NCBI GenBank assembly: GCA_963575745.1 | Contig: CAUYUJ010000131.1 | Coordinates: forward strand, 1 to 64,000 | DNA length: 64,000 nucleotides | Source of the DNA: Prorocentrum cordatum | Lineage: Eukaryota | Direction of reading: 5' to 3' | Part shown: one piece after another, positions 48,700-61,943 of the stretch | How the letters are laid out: the number at the start of each line of letters is the position of its first letter | How positions within the stretch are numbered: the stretch's first letter is position 1 | Position numbers and translations under genes: made by a program | Notes under the pieces: model-generated | What the model saw: only the letters and a program-made list of their open reading frames with translations | Database searches by the model: none | What the model was told of the DNA's origin: nothing

Positions 48700-51600
48700 A
48701 GAAGACGGTGACCAGGCGCAATCCATCGGTCATAACGAAGAGGGCGGCCGCCGGCGGGCAGGCGGAAGGTGAAGGCGAAAGAAAAAAGGAAAAGACCCCC
48801 TTTGTCGCCGGGCACAAAGCCCTGATATTCTGAGAAAAAGCTTCTGGAAGCAGAGGGCTAAAGCGCTTGAGGAGAAAAGTACGCGACCAGGTGCAATCCA
48901 TCAGCCGCCGGTGAGAGATTAAGCCGCCACGCGCTATCAATCCACGGAGTGGGGATAGGAAGGGGGAACTACTTGGTCGAGCAGCCTAAGCACACATGGG
49001 CCTCCTAGGGCAATGGATTCAACAAGATTACAGAGACATTAAGTCGCCACGACAAAGTCGCCAAAATCCAATCTGCGCCGAAGCAGGGGAGAGCGCGCAT
49101 GGCGGGCATCAGCAGGCAGCGATATTCGCCCGCGGAACACCAACAGTAAGGAAATTCCAGGAACTGGCTCCACCATGGCGCCGGGCTTGAGCCAAAAGCT
49201 CCAAGTTTGACATGGTAGGGCGGGGATGCACGGCAGCCTCACGTCGCAGGGCAGCCCAACGAGCAAGTGGATATCTTCGCGGCACAATCGCTCCACCCAA
49301 AACGCCCTGCAAACCTCAACTCGATAAGCGCTAGGCTGCGCTATCTCACGGAGCAACCACCTGCCCTCAGGCTCAGGCCGCGACATTACCAGCGCCCGCA
49401 CAAGCTGCGCGCCAGCGGGCGCCGACGCACCCCCCGTCGGACTCGACCTTGCGCGACGGGGGCGCCGGCGGAGCATCGCGGAGCCAAACGGCCTGGCCAT
49501 CGCCATCACCGCCCTCCTTCTTGTCCAGATCCTGCCAGACAACGCGGAAAAAAATCCAGGCACTGCCCTTGATGGCACTCGACCGGTTGGCTGAGAAACC
49601 CCAGAGCGGCGCCCGAGCTGCCCGCCGCTGCGCGGCCGACCAGCTCTGCAGCCCAGGCCCTCCCTGGAAGGGCACGGGAAGAATGGCGCGCCCCCTGCCG
49701 CCCCGGCGGCAGACGCGGATGGCGAACCCAATCTCGCCATCGCGCCCTGGAGAGCAACGGCAGTTCCTGACGCGCCAGAAACCCCCAGAACTGCAAGAGA
49801 CCACGTCGAGTCCGACGCCCACTTCAAGTCTGCGGAGCACTGCCCCTGAAAAGCCTCCCGAAACAATGAACCTCACACATTGTGATTGGCTGGCACAGCC
49901 TGGACAGATGCGGCGCCATTTCCGGCGGGGCCCACCGCAATCAGAACCACATTGTCCACGCGCGCAGACAGCCCGCACCGCGATGGCGCACGGGAAGTCC
50001 TCGCCTTCGCAATCGCGCGCCACCACGAGCAGCGCCCCCCAGACCCCAAGCGGGGCCCAAGGCGGAGGAAGATCACCTCTCCATCAGACACAGCGCCAGG
50101 TCTCTTCTCGAAACTGCGAAGGGAGTACGACCAGAAGGTCGTCAACGAGCACAGTCGCGCAACATCTCGAAACGCCGGCGGCTCTAAGAATCAGGCAGCT
50201 GACACCGCGGGCCCACGTGCGACGCGCCGAAGTCCCGTCGGCGATGTCCAGGCATATCAACCCGCGCGGCGGCCGCGAGATAGCGCTCATCAGAGGTTTG
50301 AACACGAAGGACTCCGCGACCGCCTTTAGCGATGGAAACGCTCGCAGTGCATTCACGACCTTCTTCGCTGCTCCTGCGGTGGTCTTCCGCGCCATAACTT
50401 GATCGCCAGAGAAAGTCACGTCTCTGTTGATGACGCGTAGACCTGAAGGCGCTTCCGCAATCGAACCCGCAGCGGCAACACTCCTCGCCTTCTGGTCATT
50501 AGATTCAAGGTGCTCCGCGTGGATCGCGTCTTCGACGCCCACCCAAGCACGATGGCCCCCGCCGTAGTCGACCTGGATAATAACTGCCTGCCCCTGGACG
50601 TTGGCAACCGCAACTGCCCTCCCAAACGCGTGCCTGCGGATCTCTGAAATCCGAAAACTAAGGCGATACAGAGGAGGGTCACTGGGCAAAAGAGCAGCAA
50701 GAGACGCAGAACGAGAATACCCACGCGCGGGCACCATCGCCATCTGGCCCCTCTTCGCGGGAGAGCTCCACAAGAGCCTCAGAGCCGCCCCGAAGAGGCG
50801 CCAGAAGGCGCGCCTCGACATTCTCATCACGAAGCTTGCACTATTGGGCACGAGGGGGGACCCCAAACATCTGGACGCCCATCGCAAGGAGCAAAGGGAA
50901 GCCGTGGAATATACTCCTGAAGAGACCAACTACGCCAAACCCCCGAACAACCCAGAAGATGATCAGGCACAACTGGCAACCACACCGAGTATTGACGAGG
51001 GAGCGCACAGCATTCGAAGTCCTTCGCGTCGACAAGAAGAACTTCACAAGGTGTCTACGGGCGCGCATGCGAGCGACCATCCGCCCCAGAAGCATGGAGA
51101 TCACAATTGCGCATCGCCGTCAGCAGAAAGATCAACGATTCATTGCTCGACACATCCGCGAAAGCAATGCAAGCGACAAATGGGAAAGCCACCATCCGTT
51201 CCATTGGGCTCATAGCATCGCGCCTCAGCAAAGGATCCATCAGGCTCATGCTGACGGCGTTAGCGCCCCACTGCCAATACGTAAGGTTCAGCTCACAGAA
51301 GAACACCGTAGCCAACAGCACGGAAATGACCAAGACGAGGGAATAGTTCGATAGTGCCGTCACGGACGTCGGATGACACAGCGCCCATCCATAAGCATTT
51401 AGCGCCACCAACAACAAAAAAAAGTATTCAGACGAGTGGTCTTACACAGCCCTCTTCATCCCGTTGGTCAACCCAATCACCTTTTGAATCGAATCCGCGA
51501 GTCCTGTCCACAACTGCATGCCAACCATGCTGCCGAGAGCACTCCACTTCTGAGATGGCGCAGCGAACAGCTCAGTAGAGTATGGTCCCAGTGACGCGGC

Positions 51601-52080
51601 ACCGAGCAGATCCATGCCTCGGCATGCTTCATTCGGACAGGAGTCTGCGATGCGCTGCTGGCCCTCCAAATCTTGAACGTCCCAATTGACCCTAGTGGGC
51701 GTGAGTTGCAGGTGAACAGACTCACCGTGATTCGAAGCAGCTCCCTCAAACAAGCTCGACATCACATCCCTCCGAATATTTCCATCCAGCGCGCGGGTCC
51801 AGTCGTAGAGATCCGCGCGAACATCCGCGGCTGCGCTTGCGAGGAGCTCTGCGCCAGTATACTCACGCCTGCTGGCCATATCGCCTGGACACATCCAGGC
51901 TCCTACCCACTGCGACTGGCCCCAAATCTTCTCGCATACGAAGGTTGGTGACCACCACTGCGTTGGAGGCGACGCATATTTAAAGATCAAAAAACCCTGT
52001 GGCGCCAGCCCCAAGCTCGCTTGGGAGAAAGCTCCGCTCGTCAGAAAGAAATTCTTCTGTGTATTGAACTGACTGCACGT
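48700..52080 (-). other. Unidentified decayed coding-like insert (probable mobile-element or retrogene remnant)
   Basis: 3.4 kb of non-repetitive sequence with fragmentary minus-strand ORFs (51442-52014, 50084-50929) and an SL-like 12-mer; no recognisable domain. Confidence 0.35.
49186..49197 (-). other. Spliced-leader 3' relic TTTTGGCTCAAG
   Basis: Exact match to the last 12 nt of DinoSL, followed 9 nt later by an ATG in GCCATGG context. Confidence 0.6.
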
Positions 52081-52094
52081 TTTGCGACGGACCC

Positions 52095-52870
52095 TATAGT
52101 AAGGAATTCCCTGTAATAAATTGCTAGTAAGGGTTTTAGTAGGGAAGCCAGGCTAAGGAACCCTGGGTAAAAAAAATCCTGAATAGGGAACCCGTAGAAG
52201 AGATTCTTTTCCGCGAAATCCTACAGACTGATTTCATAAATATAAACCCTTAGTCCAGATACTAGATCCGGGATCTTCCGTAAGAGATCCTTCGCAGGGA
52301 ACCCTGCACAGGAAAGCCTTCGCAGGGAGTTCTTGGCTGGGAACCCTCAAAGAGGAACCATTCATAAGGAGCCCTTAATTAAAAAAACTCTTGGAATGGA
52401 GTCCGTAGAATCCCTGTTGCAAGGAAAATCCTCGGTCACGGCTCCTTACTGGGACATCCTGCATGGGGAATCGGTTGTAAGGAACCCTCTGTATTGATCA
52501 CTTACTGGAGAATCCAGCGCAAAGGATTGTTTGTACGGGGTTCCTTGTCGTAGACATCAGTAAGGAGTGCGTCTTCGGAACTCCTTCGTAAAGAATCCTG
52601 AATCGGGAATCCTTATCAAGGGTTCCTTAATAAGACATCCTTGTTCGGTGGTCCTTCTCTGAGAACCCCCATGACCGAACCCTTGACTACGGCATCTGTA
52701 GTAAGGAGGCTGTCAGGGGGTACTGTCATGAGAAACCTTCCGTTCGGAATCCGTAGACACGAATCCTCTGTAAAGGTTCGGGAAATCTGATTCCGTACTA
52801 ACGAACCAGGATCTCCCAGTAAGGAATCCTGCATCCAGCTCTGGTTGCATCCTGTAGAGGTGGATCCAGT
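52095..52870. repeat. Degenerate TAAGGAATCCTTA-like satellite (block 2)
   Basis: GTAAGGAATTCC, CTAAGGAACCC, GGAATCCTTATC, GTAAGGAATCCT etc.; a small block also occurs at 48570-48660. Confidence 0.7.
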
Positions 52871-53462
52871 ATTGTTACGTTCCGAATGAAACTGGGCCCA
52901 GCTGTCGAAAGGTTTTATTAGAGCTGAACCAGCTGCAACGGGAATCTAATAGAGTCTGATATGGCTGTAATGGTACTGTATAAGATCTTGCTCCAGCTGT
53001 AGACGGATTGTGTGCATGCTCGCGCGCACCCTCTGCGCTAGCTCTCCTCTTCCATTCCTTGATATCCTCCTCCTCATCCTTCTCATCCTCCTCATTATAT
53101 TCCTCCGCTTCCTCCTCATTATCCTCCTCCGCTCCCTCCTCCTCCTCCACAACCGCCTCCCCCCCTCCACCCACCGCCCCACCAAAAAAGACTACAGCTT
53201 CGGTTTTTCAGGCCTGGATCACCCTAAGTATTGTGGTTGGATGGTTTGGTAGTGTTGTCGGGGTTTGGTGTTTGATTGTTTCATCTTGCCTTGTGCTTCT
53301 CAAGCGTTTTTGACTTGAGGGGCTCAAAACGCTGACACCGCCCAGGCCTTTTATCGGGTCTGCCGCCTCTCCTCTTCCTTATCCTCCTCCTCCTCGTTCT
53401 CCTCCTCCTCCTCTTCCTCCTCCTCCTCCTCCTGCTGCTCTTCCTCCTCGTCCTCCTCCTCA

Positions 53463-54417
53463 TCCATCCCTTCTCCTGAAAAAGAATTTCCCCCTGTCGC
53501 GCCACGAGGCCAGTTTTGAGGGCGGGCCGGGAGTTTCGCCTCAGACTTCCTCACACATTATGAGCCTGACGCTTAAATAGTGACCACAGCTTCACAAATG
53601 GAGGGCGGGTCGTTTTCAACATGTGGCTCTTGCCTGAGCGCCGCGCACATTCGTTTTCAAAATTTGCAAAAGTTTAACGGATTGAGGGCGGATCGTTTTA
53701 TGTGGCTATCGCCTGAGCGCCGCGCACATTCGTTTTAAGAATTTGCCAGAGCTTCACGGATTGAGGGAGGTTCCTTTTTCAGAATGTGGCTCTCGCCTTA
53801 GCGCCGCGCACATTCGTTTTCAAAATTTGAAGGGTTTCACGGATTGAAAGCGGTTCATTTTCATAATGTGGCTCTCAGCTTAGCGCCGCGCACATTCGTT
53901 TTCCAAATCTCCAAGAGTTTCACGGACTCGGGGCGGTTCCTTTTCAATATGTGGCTCTCGCCTTAGCGCCGCGAACACTCATTTCAAGAATTTGCCAGAG
54001 CTTCACGGATTGAGGGCGGTTCCTTTTCAAAATGTGGCTCTCGCCTTAGCGCCGCGCACATTCGTCTTGAAAATTTCCCAGAGTTTCACGGATTCCCATG
54101 CTCAACGTACCAAACATGGTGTGTGGGAAAGATTCAGGAACATGCGGGTGCAACACTTATGTTGATTCGCGGTGTTGAAGTTCCGAAAACGGCGCTCTGG
54201 CACGATTCCGGATCGTCAAGACGCAGCAGTGGGTTTGATACGTGGCGTTGAAATCCCGAGAACAATGTTTTGGGCATGCTTCAGGGTTTTCAACCTGTGT
54301 CTTCCAACGAGGCAATTCCCTCAATGGAAATGAACCGTTGTAGGGGCCTATGAAGAGGGAGCTTGGACGGAGGGTTAATTCCAACATCGTTGATGGCTCT
54401 TGGATTTACACTGGTCC
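53463..54417 (+). mobile_element. R83 element copy 3 (six internal units)
   Basis: Same leader, units and tail; ends CACTGGTCC into a CTC tract. Confidence 0.88.
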
Positions 54418-54654
54418 TCGTCCTCCTCCTCCTCCTCCTCCTTGTCCTTCCCCCTCCTGGCTTCTCCAAGGGCCTCCTGCCTTCTCATGGGGCATCCTGG
54501 GGCCTCCTGTTGCCTCCTGGAGCCTCCTCCTCCTGAAGTCTTCTGGGGATTCGGGGGGGGCCTTCTCGGGCCTCTGGTGGAATCCTCCTTTGACTCATCC
54601 TCCTCCTGCCTTATCCTCCTCCTCCGCCTCCTCGTCCTGCTCCTGCTGGGTGCG

Positions 54655-55185
54655 AAGCTCCTGCTCGAGACTTCCTCCAGATTGATGCCGCAGGAGGTTC
54701 CCAGGAGAGTCTCCAAACCTGTGTTTGTCAGGGGTTGCCAGATGGCCGTCTCCGAATACCAACATGAGCTGCGGGCCACATCGGGAAAGGGCTCCCTCTC
54801 GAGACGTCCTCGCAATTCACTGACAGACGAAGCTTCCGCTCGAGACTTCCTCTGGACTCATGCTGCCAGGTGTCATCAAACCTGTGTCAGATTCAGTGCT
54901 TGCCGATGTTCACCTCCGGTTACCAACATTATCTGCGGGCCCCATAGCGAGGGGGCTCCCGCTCGAGACGTCCTCGCAATTCACTCACAAACTAGGCTTC
55001 CGCTCGAGACTTCCTCTGGATTCAGGCTTCCAGGTGGCACCAAGCCTGTGTTTTACAGGGTTTGCCGATGGACACCTCGGATTACAAACATGAGCTGGGG
55101 GGCCCCATAGGGAGGGGGCTCCCGCCTGAGACATCCTTGCAAATCGCTCACAGGCGATGCTATCGCTCGAGACCTCCTGGCTATG
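54655..55185. repeat. ~164-bp tandem repeat, about 3 copies
   Basis: CTCGAGACGTCCTCGCAATTCACT at ~54798 and ~54962 (diverged at ~55126); GCTTCCGCTCGAGACTTCCTCTGGA at ~54832 and ~54997. Confidence 0.85.
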
Positions 55186-55217
55186 ACAGTGTGACCGCGC
55201 GAGTGTGTGTATGCGCA

Positions 55218-55382
55218 ATGATGTTGATGGTGATGAGAAAGATGGTGATGATGTTCCTGATGATGATGTTGATGGTCATGATGATGAGCATGATGGTGAT
55301 GATGATAATGTTGATGCTGATGTTGAAGACGGTGATGATGATGATGATGATGATGATGCTGATGCTGATGCTGATGATGATA

Positions 55383-55413
<31 letters not shown>

Positions 55414-55531
55414 CGATGACGATGATGATGACGATGATTGTGATTATGACAATGATGATGATGATGACGATGATGATGGCGATGATGTTGCTGATGATGA
55501 TGATGACGATGATGATGATGATGATGATGAA

Positions 55532-55584
<53 letters not shown>

Positions 55585-55743
55585 GGATGATGATGATGAT
55601 GATGATGATGATCATGATGATGATGATGATGGTGCTGCTGATGATGATGACTGTGGTGGTGGTGATGGTGGTGGTTGTTATGAGGATGATGATCATGGCG
55701 ATGATCATGGTGATGATGACGATGCTGCTGATGATGATGATGA
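55218..55743. repeat. (GAT)n microsatellite
   Basis: Directly visible. Confidence 0.95.
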
Positions 55744-56239
55744 GCGGGAAGGAATAGGACTGCGCGTGGTGTCCAGAACCTAAAAACAGAGATACGGGGA
55801 GTAAGTCCTCAACATGAACTTTCGAAGCCCCTCACGGAGTTCTTGCCTCTGCGCGGACCCCCTCTGGTCGCGCCCCCATCACATCCTCCACAGCTGCAGC
55901 CACCCCGTGCCCGTCTTCCCTCGCCTCGCTCCCTCCCTCGCCTTGCCTTCCCTCCCCTACCCTGCCAACTCCTCCCTGCCGCCCCTCCCGTACCCTCCCT
56001 TTCTCCTCTCCCTCCCCTCCGCCTCCCGTCTGCGTCCAACCCCGCCGCCCCCTCTCTCTCTCGTGTCCTCCGCAGTTGCACGAAGTGCGATTCGCCCCGA
56101 AGTCCTGGTCCACTCAGAAGTCCTCCTCCAACCTCCTCCTCCTCCTCCTCCTCCTCCTCCTCCTCCTCCAACCTCCTCCAACCTCCTCCTCCTCCTCCTC
56201 CTCCTCCTTCTCGCCCTCGTCCTCCTCCCCCTCCTGTCC

Positions 56240-56953
56240 CATCCCGTCCTTCTAAGTAACTCCTTCCAGTCGCACACCCGGACGTGTCGGTAGGGCGGGC
56301 CAGGCGTTTCGTGTGAGACTTCCTCACTACTTATGATCCTGAAGCTTCACATTTGCAACAGCTTGAAAAGATGGAGGGCGGTTCCATTTCAAAATGCGAT
56401 TCCCAACTTAGCGCCACGCCATCTGCAACCGCTTCACGGATGGAGGACATTTCCTTTTTCAAATGTGGCTTTCGCCATTAGAGCCGCGCACATTCGACTC
56501 AAAAGTTTACAAACACTGCAAGGATGGAGGGCGGGTCCTTTTCAAGATGTGGCCCTCGCCTTAGCGCCGCGCACGTTTGTCTTAAAAATGTACAAAAGTC
56601 CCGAGGATCAAAGGCGGTTCGTTTTCGAAGTGTGGCTCTCGTCTGAACGCCGCGCACGTTCCTGTCAGATGTTTGCGACTCTGTGGAAGACTCGTATTGT
56701 TGAACTACCAGGAATGGAATTACGGTACGATTTAGGAGTGTCCGGACGCAACAGTCACGTTGACTCGCGGAGCCGGAGTGCAAGGAGTTTCAAGACCAAG
56801 GAATTTTGCTTGGGCAAGATTGAGGATTCTCCGACTCCTTCCAATGGGGCACCTCCCGCACTGAAAATACATCCTTATAGGGACCTAGAAGACGGGAACT
56901 TGGAGGGTGGGTTTGTTGCAGAACCGTTGCTGCACCTTGGGTTTACACTGGTC
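56240..56953 (+). mobile_element. R83 element copy 4 (older, diverged; about four units)
   Basis: AGGGCGGGCCAGGCGTTTCG leader, TGTGGCCCTCGCCTTAGCGCCGCGCAC unit, tail ending GGGTTTACACTGGTC. Confidence 0.75.
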
Positions 56954-57529
56954 TTCCTCCTCCTCTCTCTCTTTCTCGGCCTGTGGCTTCGTCGAACGCC
57001 GCCATCCCACCATCCCGCAGAGCGGGGTCGGCCCTGGGGGTGGTGCTCAAACCGGTGTCCCTCGGAACGTTAAAGGGAAAAAGACAAAAAACAAAAAAAA
57101 AAAAAAAAAAAAACGTGACGGACGTGAAGGAAAAGAAGGGGAGGGAGAAGGAGAGCTCATCAGGACCTCGGAGGGGGAATAACGGAGGTATGCGGGCACG
57201 TGGCTGCACAGAGGCGGCTGTTGCTGTTCAAAGTGGGGAAGACGGAATAGAATGTTGGAGAGCGCGGGACTGTACTAACTGCTGCGCTGCAGATTGCTCA
57301 GAGCGCTGTGAGCTGCTGAACGGTCACTGCAGTCCCTGACACTGGCTGCCAGGCCTGTTGAACCGTTCGTGCGGTGAAAAAAGTAGCGGCTGATGTGAGG
57401 CCTGGTGCAGCGGGTGTGGCCAGGGCCACACTCGCCAGGATAGGAAGTCGCAAGGGCCTCTTCCCGTAGCCGTAGGACATCCCGACAGGACGGCCCCCAA
57501 TCACCGACAGGGGACCGTCGCCAGCCGGT

Positions 57530-57671
57530 CCTTTTCCTTCTTCTCCTTCTCCTTCGTTTCCTTCTCCTCCTCTTCTTCCTCCTCTTCCTCCTCCTTCCTC
57601 CTTCTCCTCCTCATGTTCCTCCTCCTGCTCCTCCTCATCGTCATCATTACCACCATCACCCCCCCCAGCAT

Positions 57672-57751
<80 letters not shown>

Positions 57752-57919
57752 TCATCACCATGATCATCACCACCCCCATCACCATCATCACATCATCACC
57801 ATCACCACCACCATCACCATCACCACCATCATACCAGCAAAGAGAACAACAGCAACCACAACCTCAACATCATCATCATCATCATCACCACCATCATCAT
57901 CATCATCATCACCACCACC

Positions 57920-57965
<46 letters not shown>

Positions 57966-58078
57966 CAATCGCCATCATCACCATCACACCATCACCATCA
58001 TCATTATTATTAGCAGCATCATCATCATCAGCATCATCATCTGCAGCATCTGCAGCAGCAGCCAGCATCATCATCACC

Positions 58079-58112
<34 letters not shown>

Positions 58113-58175
58113 TCAGCATCGTCGTCGTCATCGTCGTTGTCATTCCCCCTCCTCCTCCTCCTCCTCCTCCCCTCT
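57530..58175. repeat. (CTC)n/(CAT/CAC)n microsatellite
   Basis: Directly visible. Confidence 0.95.
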
Positions 58176-60224
58176 TCCGCTCCACCTGTGAGAATGTAAA
58201 GATGTGAAGGATTTCTGTTGTGTCGCGCACCACTTTCACAGCACCTGACATACAACAGCCACCGCGCCGTGATCGCAAGCAGCCCCCTCGGAGGCGCCGT
58301 TGAAAACAAAAGTCAAGGGTACAGTGCGACGACACATGGCCCAATCGGCCGTTCATAGAATGACAAGTTAAGCCGTGACAAAACAGCCCAGAACGAGAGA
58401 GAGAGAGGGAAAGAGAGAGAGCGAGAGAGAAGGAGAAAGAGAGAGAGAGAGAGACGAGCGAAGGAGCGAGGACGACGAGACGCATCGGACAGGGGCGCCC
58501 GGTGAGAGCAGCATCAGAATCTCGAGCAGCCCCGCGGCAGACGAGGAGACGCGAGGAAAGGGCAGAGGAGGCGTGCGGAAGGGACCAACGCCCGTCGTCG
58601 GACCGAAGCGCGAGGCTCCACTGGCGGGCCAGGCCGGCGGCAGGACGGCGCGGAGACAACGGCCGCACGGCCCCCCGGAAGCCCTGCGAGTGCATCGGCC
58701 CCGGTCGCCCTGCAGAGGCAGGGCGACGAGCGAGGCCAAACAGCGCGACGGACCGGCGCGGCCGGGTGCCTGCCTGGGCGACCCCCGCCCTGTCATGAAG
58801 CTCCCCGGCGCCGGTCGCCGAGCACGGGCCTGGACGCCAGCATGAAGCTGCAGTCGGAGCTCGACCACGAGAAACCCTCCACAAGAAGCCCAACCCTGAG
58901 ACCCCAGGACGTCCCTTGACTTTTGGTGTGGGAGCGTCACGCTTTCCATGGCGAAGGCATCGAAACCCCAGAACCCCAGGGCACCCTGGAGGCAAGCAGG
59001 GTGTCTCCTGGCATGGGTTCCCACTGCACGAGGAAAGGAGGGAGGCAGGAGCGAAGGGCAAGCGGCGGGGGGGGAATGAGGACAGAAGAACAGGAGAGAA
59101 ACAGAAACAGCACAGGCCCACGGCCCGCCCGCCCCTCGGCCAGGCGAGGAGGGAGGGAGGGAGGGAGGAAGCGGAGCATCAGCAGGGCGTCTGACGAGAG
59201 CGGGCCCAGGACGGGAGGGAGAGGGGCAGGGAAACTCCATACACACACACACACACACCTCAGCGAGCAGCGTGACTCCGCAGAGCCCCCGCGAAGGACG
59301 AGGCGCTGGCCTGGCACTGCGAAGCTGGACCGCCGTGCTCGTCGGCTGGCTCGACTGCCTCTGATCGAGGAGGCATCCCTGCCCCCTCTTCGGCTTCTCT
59401 CCGCCGCCCGAGCCCGCAGACGCAGCAGCCGCTGGGAACGGCACCTGCGCACCTGACTTCGCAAGACCTGGGCGGATGGCGTGTGGCGACGGGGACACGA
59501 GGCACGAAAGAGAGAGAGAGAGAGACTCGGATCTCCGACGACTCGTTCTGTTGAAGGGGCCCTGGGACACACAAACACATGGACACAAATCACAGGATTC
59601 TCCATGTCTTCTGCTGTGTTCTGGGTCTTTCTCTTCCCCCCCCCCCCAGTTCCCATATTTTCCCATACCTTCCTGGGAGTCGGCGATGAATTGTGTCTGT
59701 GTGTGTTTTTTCCCCTGCTGATCTGCTCGCTTCACCAGCCCCCCTGACGCCCCGACCCCCCATTTGTTGCTCCCGGCCGAGAGCCGGGCCCCGACGGCCT
59801 TCCCTCGGGCCTGGAGGCGGCCCCCCGGACGCCGAGCAGGCCAACGACCGAGGCGAGCTTCTGCTCCAGCGAGGAGGAGGAGGAGGAGGAGGAGGAGGAG
59901 GAGGAGGACAGGGAGGAGGAGCAGCAGGAGGAGGAGGAGGACGAGCAGGAGGAGGAGGCTGGCCCCAACGCTCGGATGGCGGATGCCAGAAACCTTGAAA
60001 ACCCAAATAATGCTGTCGTCTCTTCCCAGACCTCCAACGCATTGAAAAAATCAAGACGGAGGTTTTTCTCGATGTTCGACCTCTAGCGGCCGCGGCGACA
60101 CCGACAGCGACCCTTGCTCAAAATGAACAGGAACTGCTGTTGGGCATTGTACCCCCCCTCCTGGGGAGGTGGGCACGAGGCAGGGGTGGAGGGAGGGGAG
60201 AGGGGAAGGGGGGATGAGCAGTAG

Positions 60225-60460
60225 AAGGAGGAGGAGGAGGAGGAGGAGGAGCAGGAGGAGGAGGAGGAAAAGGAGGAGAGGGAGGAGGAGGAGGAGGAGG
60301 AGGAGGAGGAGGAGGAGGAGGAGGAGGAGCAGGAGGAGGAGGAGGAGGAGGAGGAGGAGGAGGAGGAGGAGGGAGTCCCATTCAGGAGGAGAGGGAGGAG
60401 GAGGAGGAGGAGGAGGAGGAGGAGGAGGAGGAGGAGGAGGAGGAGGAGGAGGAGGAGGGA
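60225..60460. repeat. (GAG)n microsatellite
   Basis: Directly visible. Confidence 0.95.
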
Positions 60461-60819
60461 GCCCCATTCTTTCCGTACCCACTTCGTTCGTGCCGAGCCT
60501 ACGATCTCTGCCTCCAGATGCCACCGCCCGACTGGCCGAGCGCCCAGAAGCGGCGGCCGCGGATCCCGACGCTCCGGGGCCTCGGCGGCCGCGAAACACT
60601 GCACGGAGAGCGTCCCCGGGCACGGGCGCGGGCGCCCCCCCGAAAAGAAAAAAAAAAAAAAAAAAAAAATCGTGCGAGCTGCTCGCGCTCCGGCACAAGT
60701 CTGTTTTTCCCCACCATCCTGTGGCGCTGGGCCCTCGCTTTGAAGACACGGTGCCAAGCGCTCCTCTCCTCTACTCCCCCCTCCCCCATTCTCCCCCTCC
60801 TCCCTCCTCCCTGCGTTTC

Positions 60820-61480
60820 ACCCACCCCGTACAGCGTTTCGTGATCCCGTAGGGAGCTCCACCGAAGGCCCCAGTGGCAGGGTTCGCATGGCGGCCCCGC
60901 CCCAGTTTGGCGCATCCTTCACACGCTTCGTGGCCCCATAGGGAGCTCCACCGAAGGCCCCGGTGGCAGGGTTCGCATGGCGGCCCCGCCCCATTTTGGC
61001 GCACCCCTCACACGGTTCGTGGCCCCAAAGGGAGCTCCACCGAAGGCCCCAGTGGCAGGGTTCGCATGGCGGCCCTGCCCCATTTTGGCGCACCACTCAC
61101 ACGGTTCGTGGCCCCATAGTGGACCAGGGAGCTCCACCGAAAGCCCCAGTGGCAGGGTTCGCATGGCGGTCCCGCCCAAATTTGGCGCACCCCTCACACG
61201 GTTCACGGCCCCATAGGGAGCTCCACTGAAGGCCCCAGTGGTAGAATTCCCATGGCGGCCCAGCCCCATTTGGGCGCACCTCTCACACGGTTCGCGGCCC
61301 CATAGGGAGCTCCACCGAGGCCCCGGTGGCAGGGTTCGCATGGCGGCCCCGCCCCAGTTTGGCGCATCCTTCACACGCTTCGTGGCCCCATAAGGGGGCT
61401 CCACCCAAGGCCCTAGTGGCAGGGTTCGCATGCGGCCCCGCCCCATTTTGGCGCACCTCTCACACGGTTCGTGGCCCATT
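60820..61480. repeat. ~90-bp GC-rich minisatellite, 7 copies
   Basis: GGAGCTCCACCGAAGGCCCCAGTGGCAGGGTTCGCATGGCGGCCCCGCCCCATTTTGGCGCACCCCTCACACGGTTCGTGGCCCCATAG, starting at ~60852, 60942, 61032, 61128, 61217, 61306 and 61395. Confidence 0.95.
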
Positions 61481-61943
61481 GGGAATTCCCCTTGCTTCGT
61501 CCCACCTGCCATGCGGTTCTCACACTTGCGTATGGTTGGGTCCTTCACCAGGATAATTGTTGGGCAGGCTCTCTGGGAGGAGGAGGACAAGGAGGACCAC
61601 GAGGAGGAGGAGGAGGAGGAGGAGGAGGAGGAGGAGGACAGGGAGACGGAGGAGGACAAGGAGCAGGAGGAGGAGGAGAAGGAGGAGGAGGACAGGGAGA
61701 CGTAGGAGGACAAGGAGAAGGGAACAAGGAGAAGGAGGAGGAGGAGGAGGAGGAGAAGGACGGGGAGAAGGAGAAAGACAAGGAGAAGGAGGAGGAGGAG
61801 AAGAAGGACCTCTCTGGCAGCCTCCGCGGAACTCGCGGGGGCCTCTACACAGCCGCGGCAAAAGCTCCGTCGATTTGCTATGGTGACGTCCTCCTCCATC
61901 CCTCTGAAGGTTGCTACCATGGCACGATGCTTGTGTCATTCGA

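Noticed and set aside
50100..50260. LICLDIADG ... VLVDDLLV (minus strand) as RT motifs
   Set aside because: Spacing of about 30 aa is too short and no other RT motifs are present.
60850..61480. CRISPR-like 90-bp periodicity
   Set aside because: The whole unit is repeated; there are no unique spacers.
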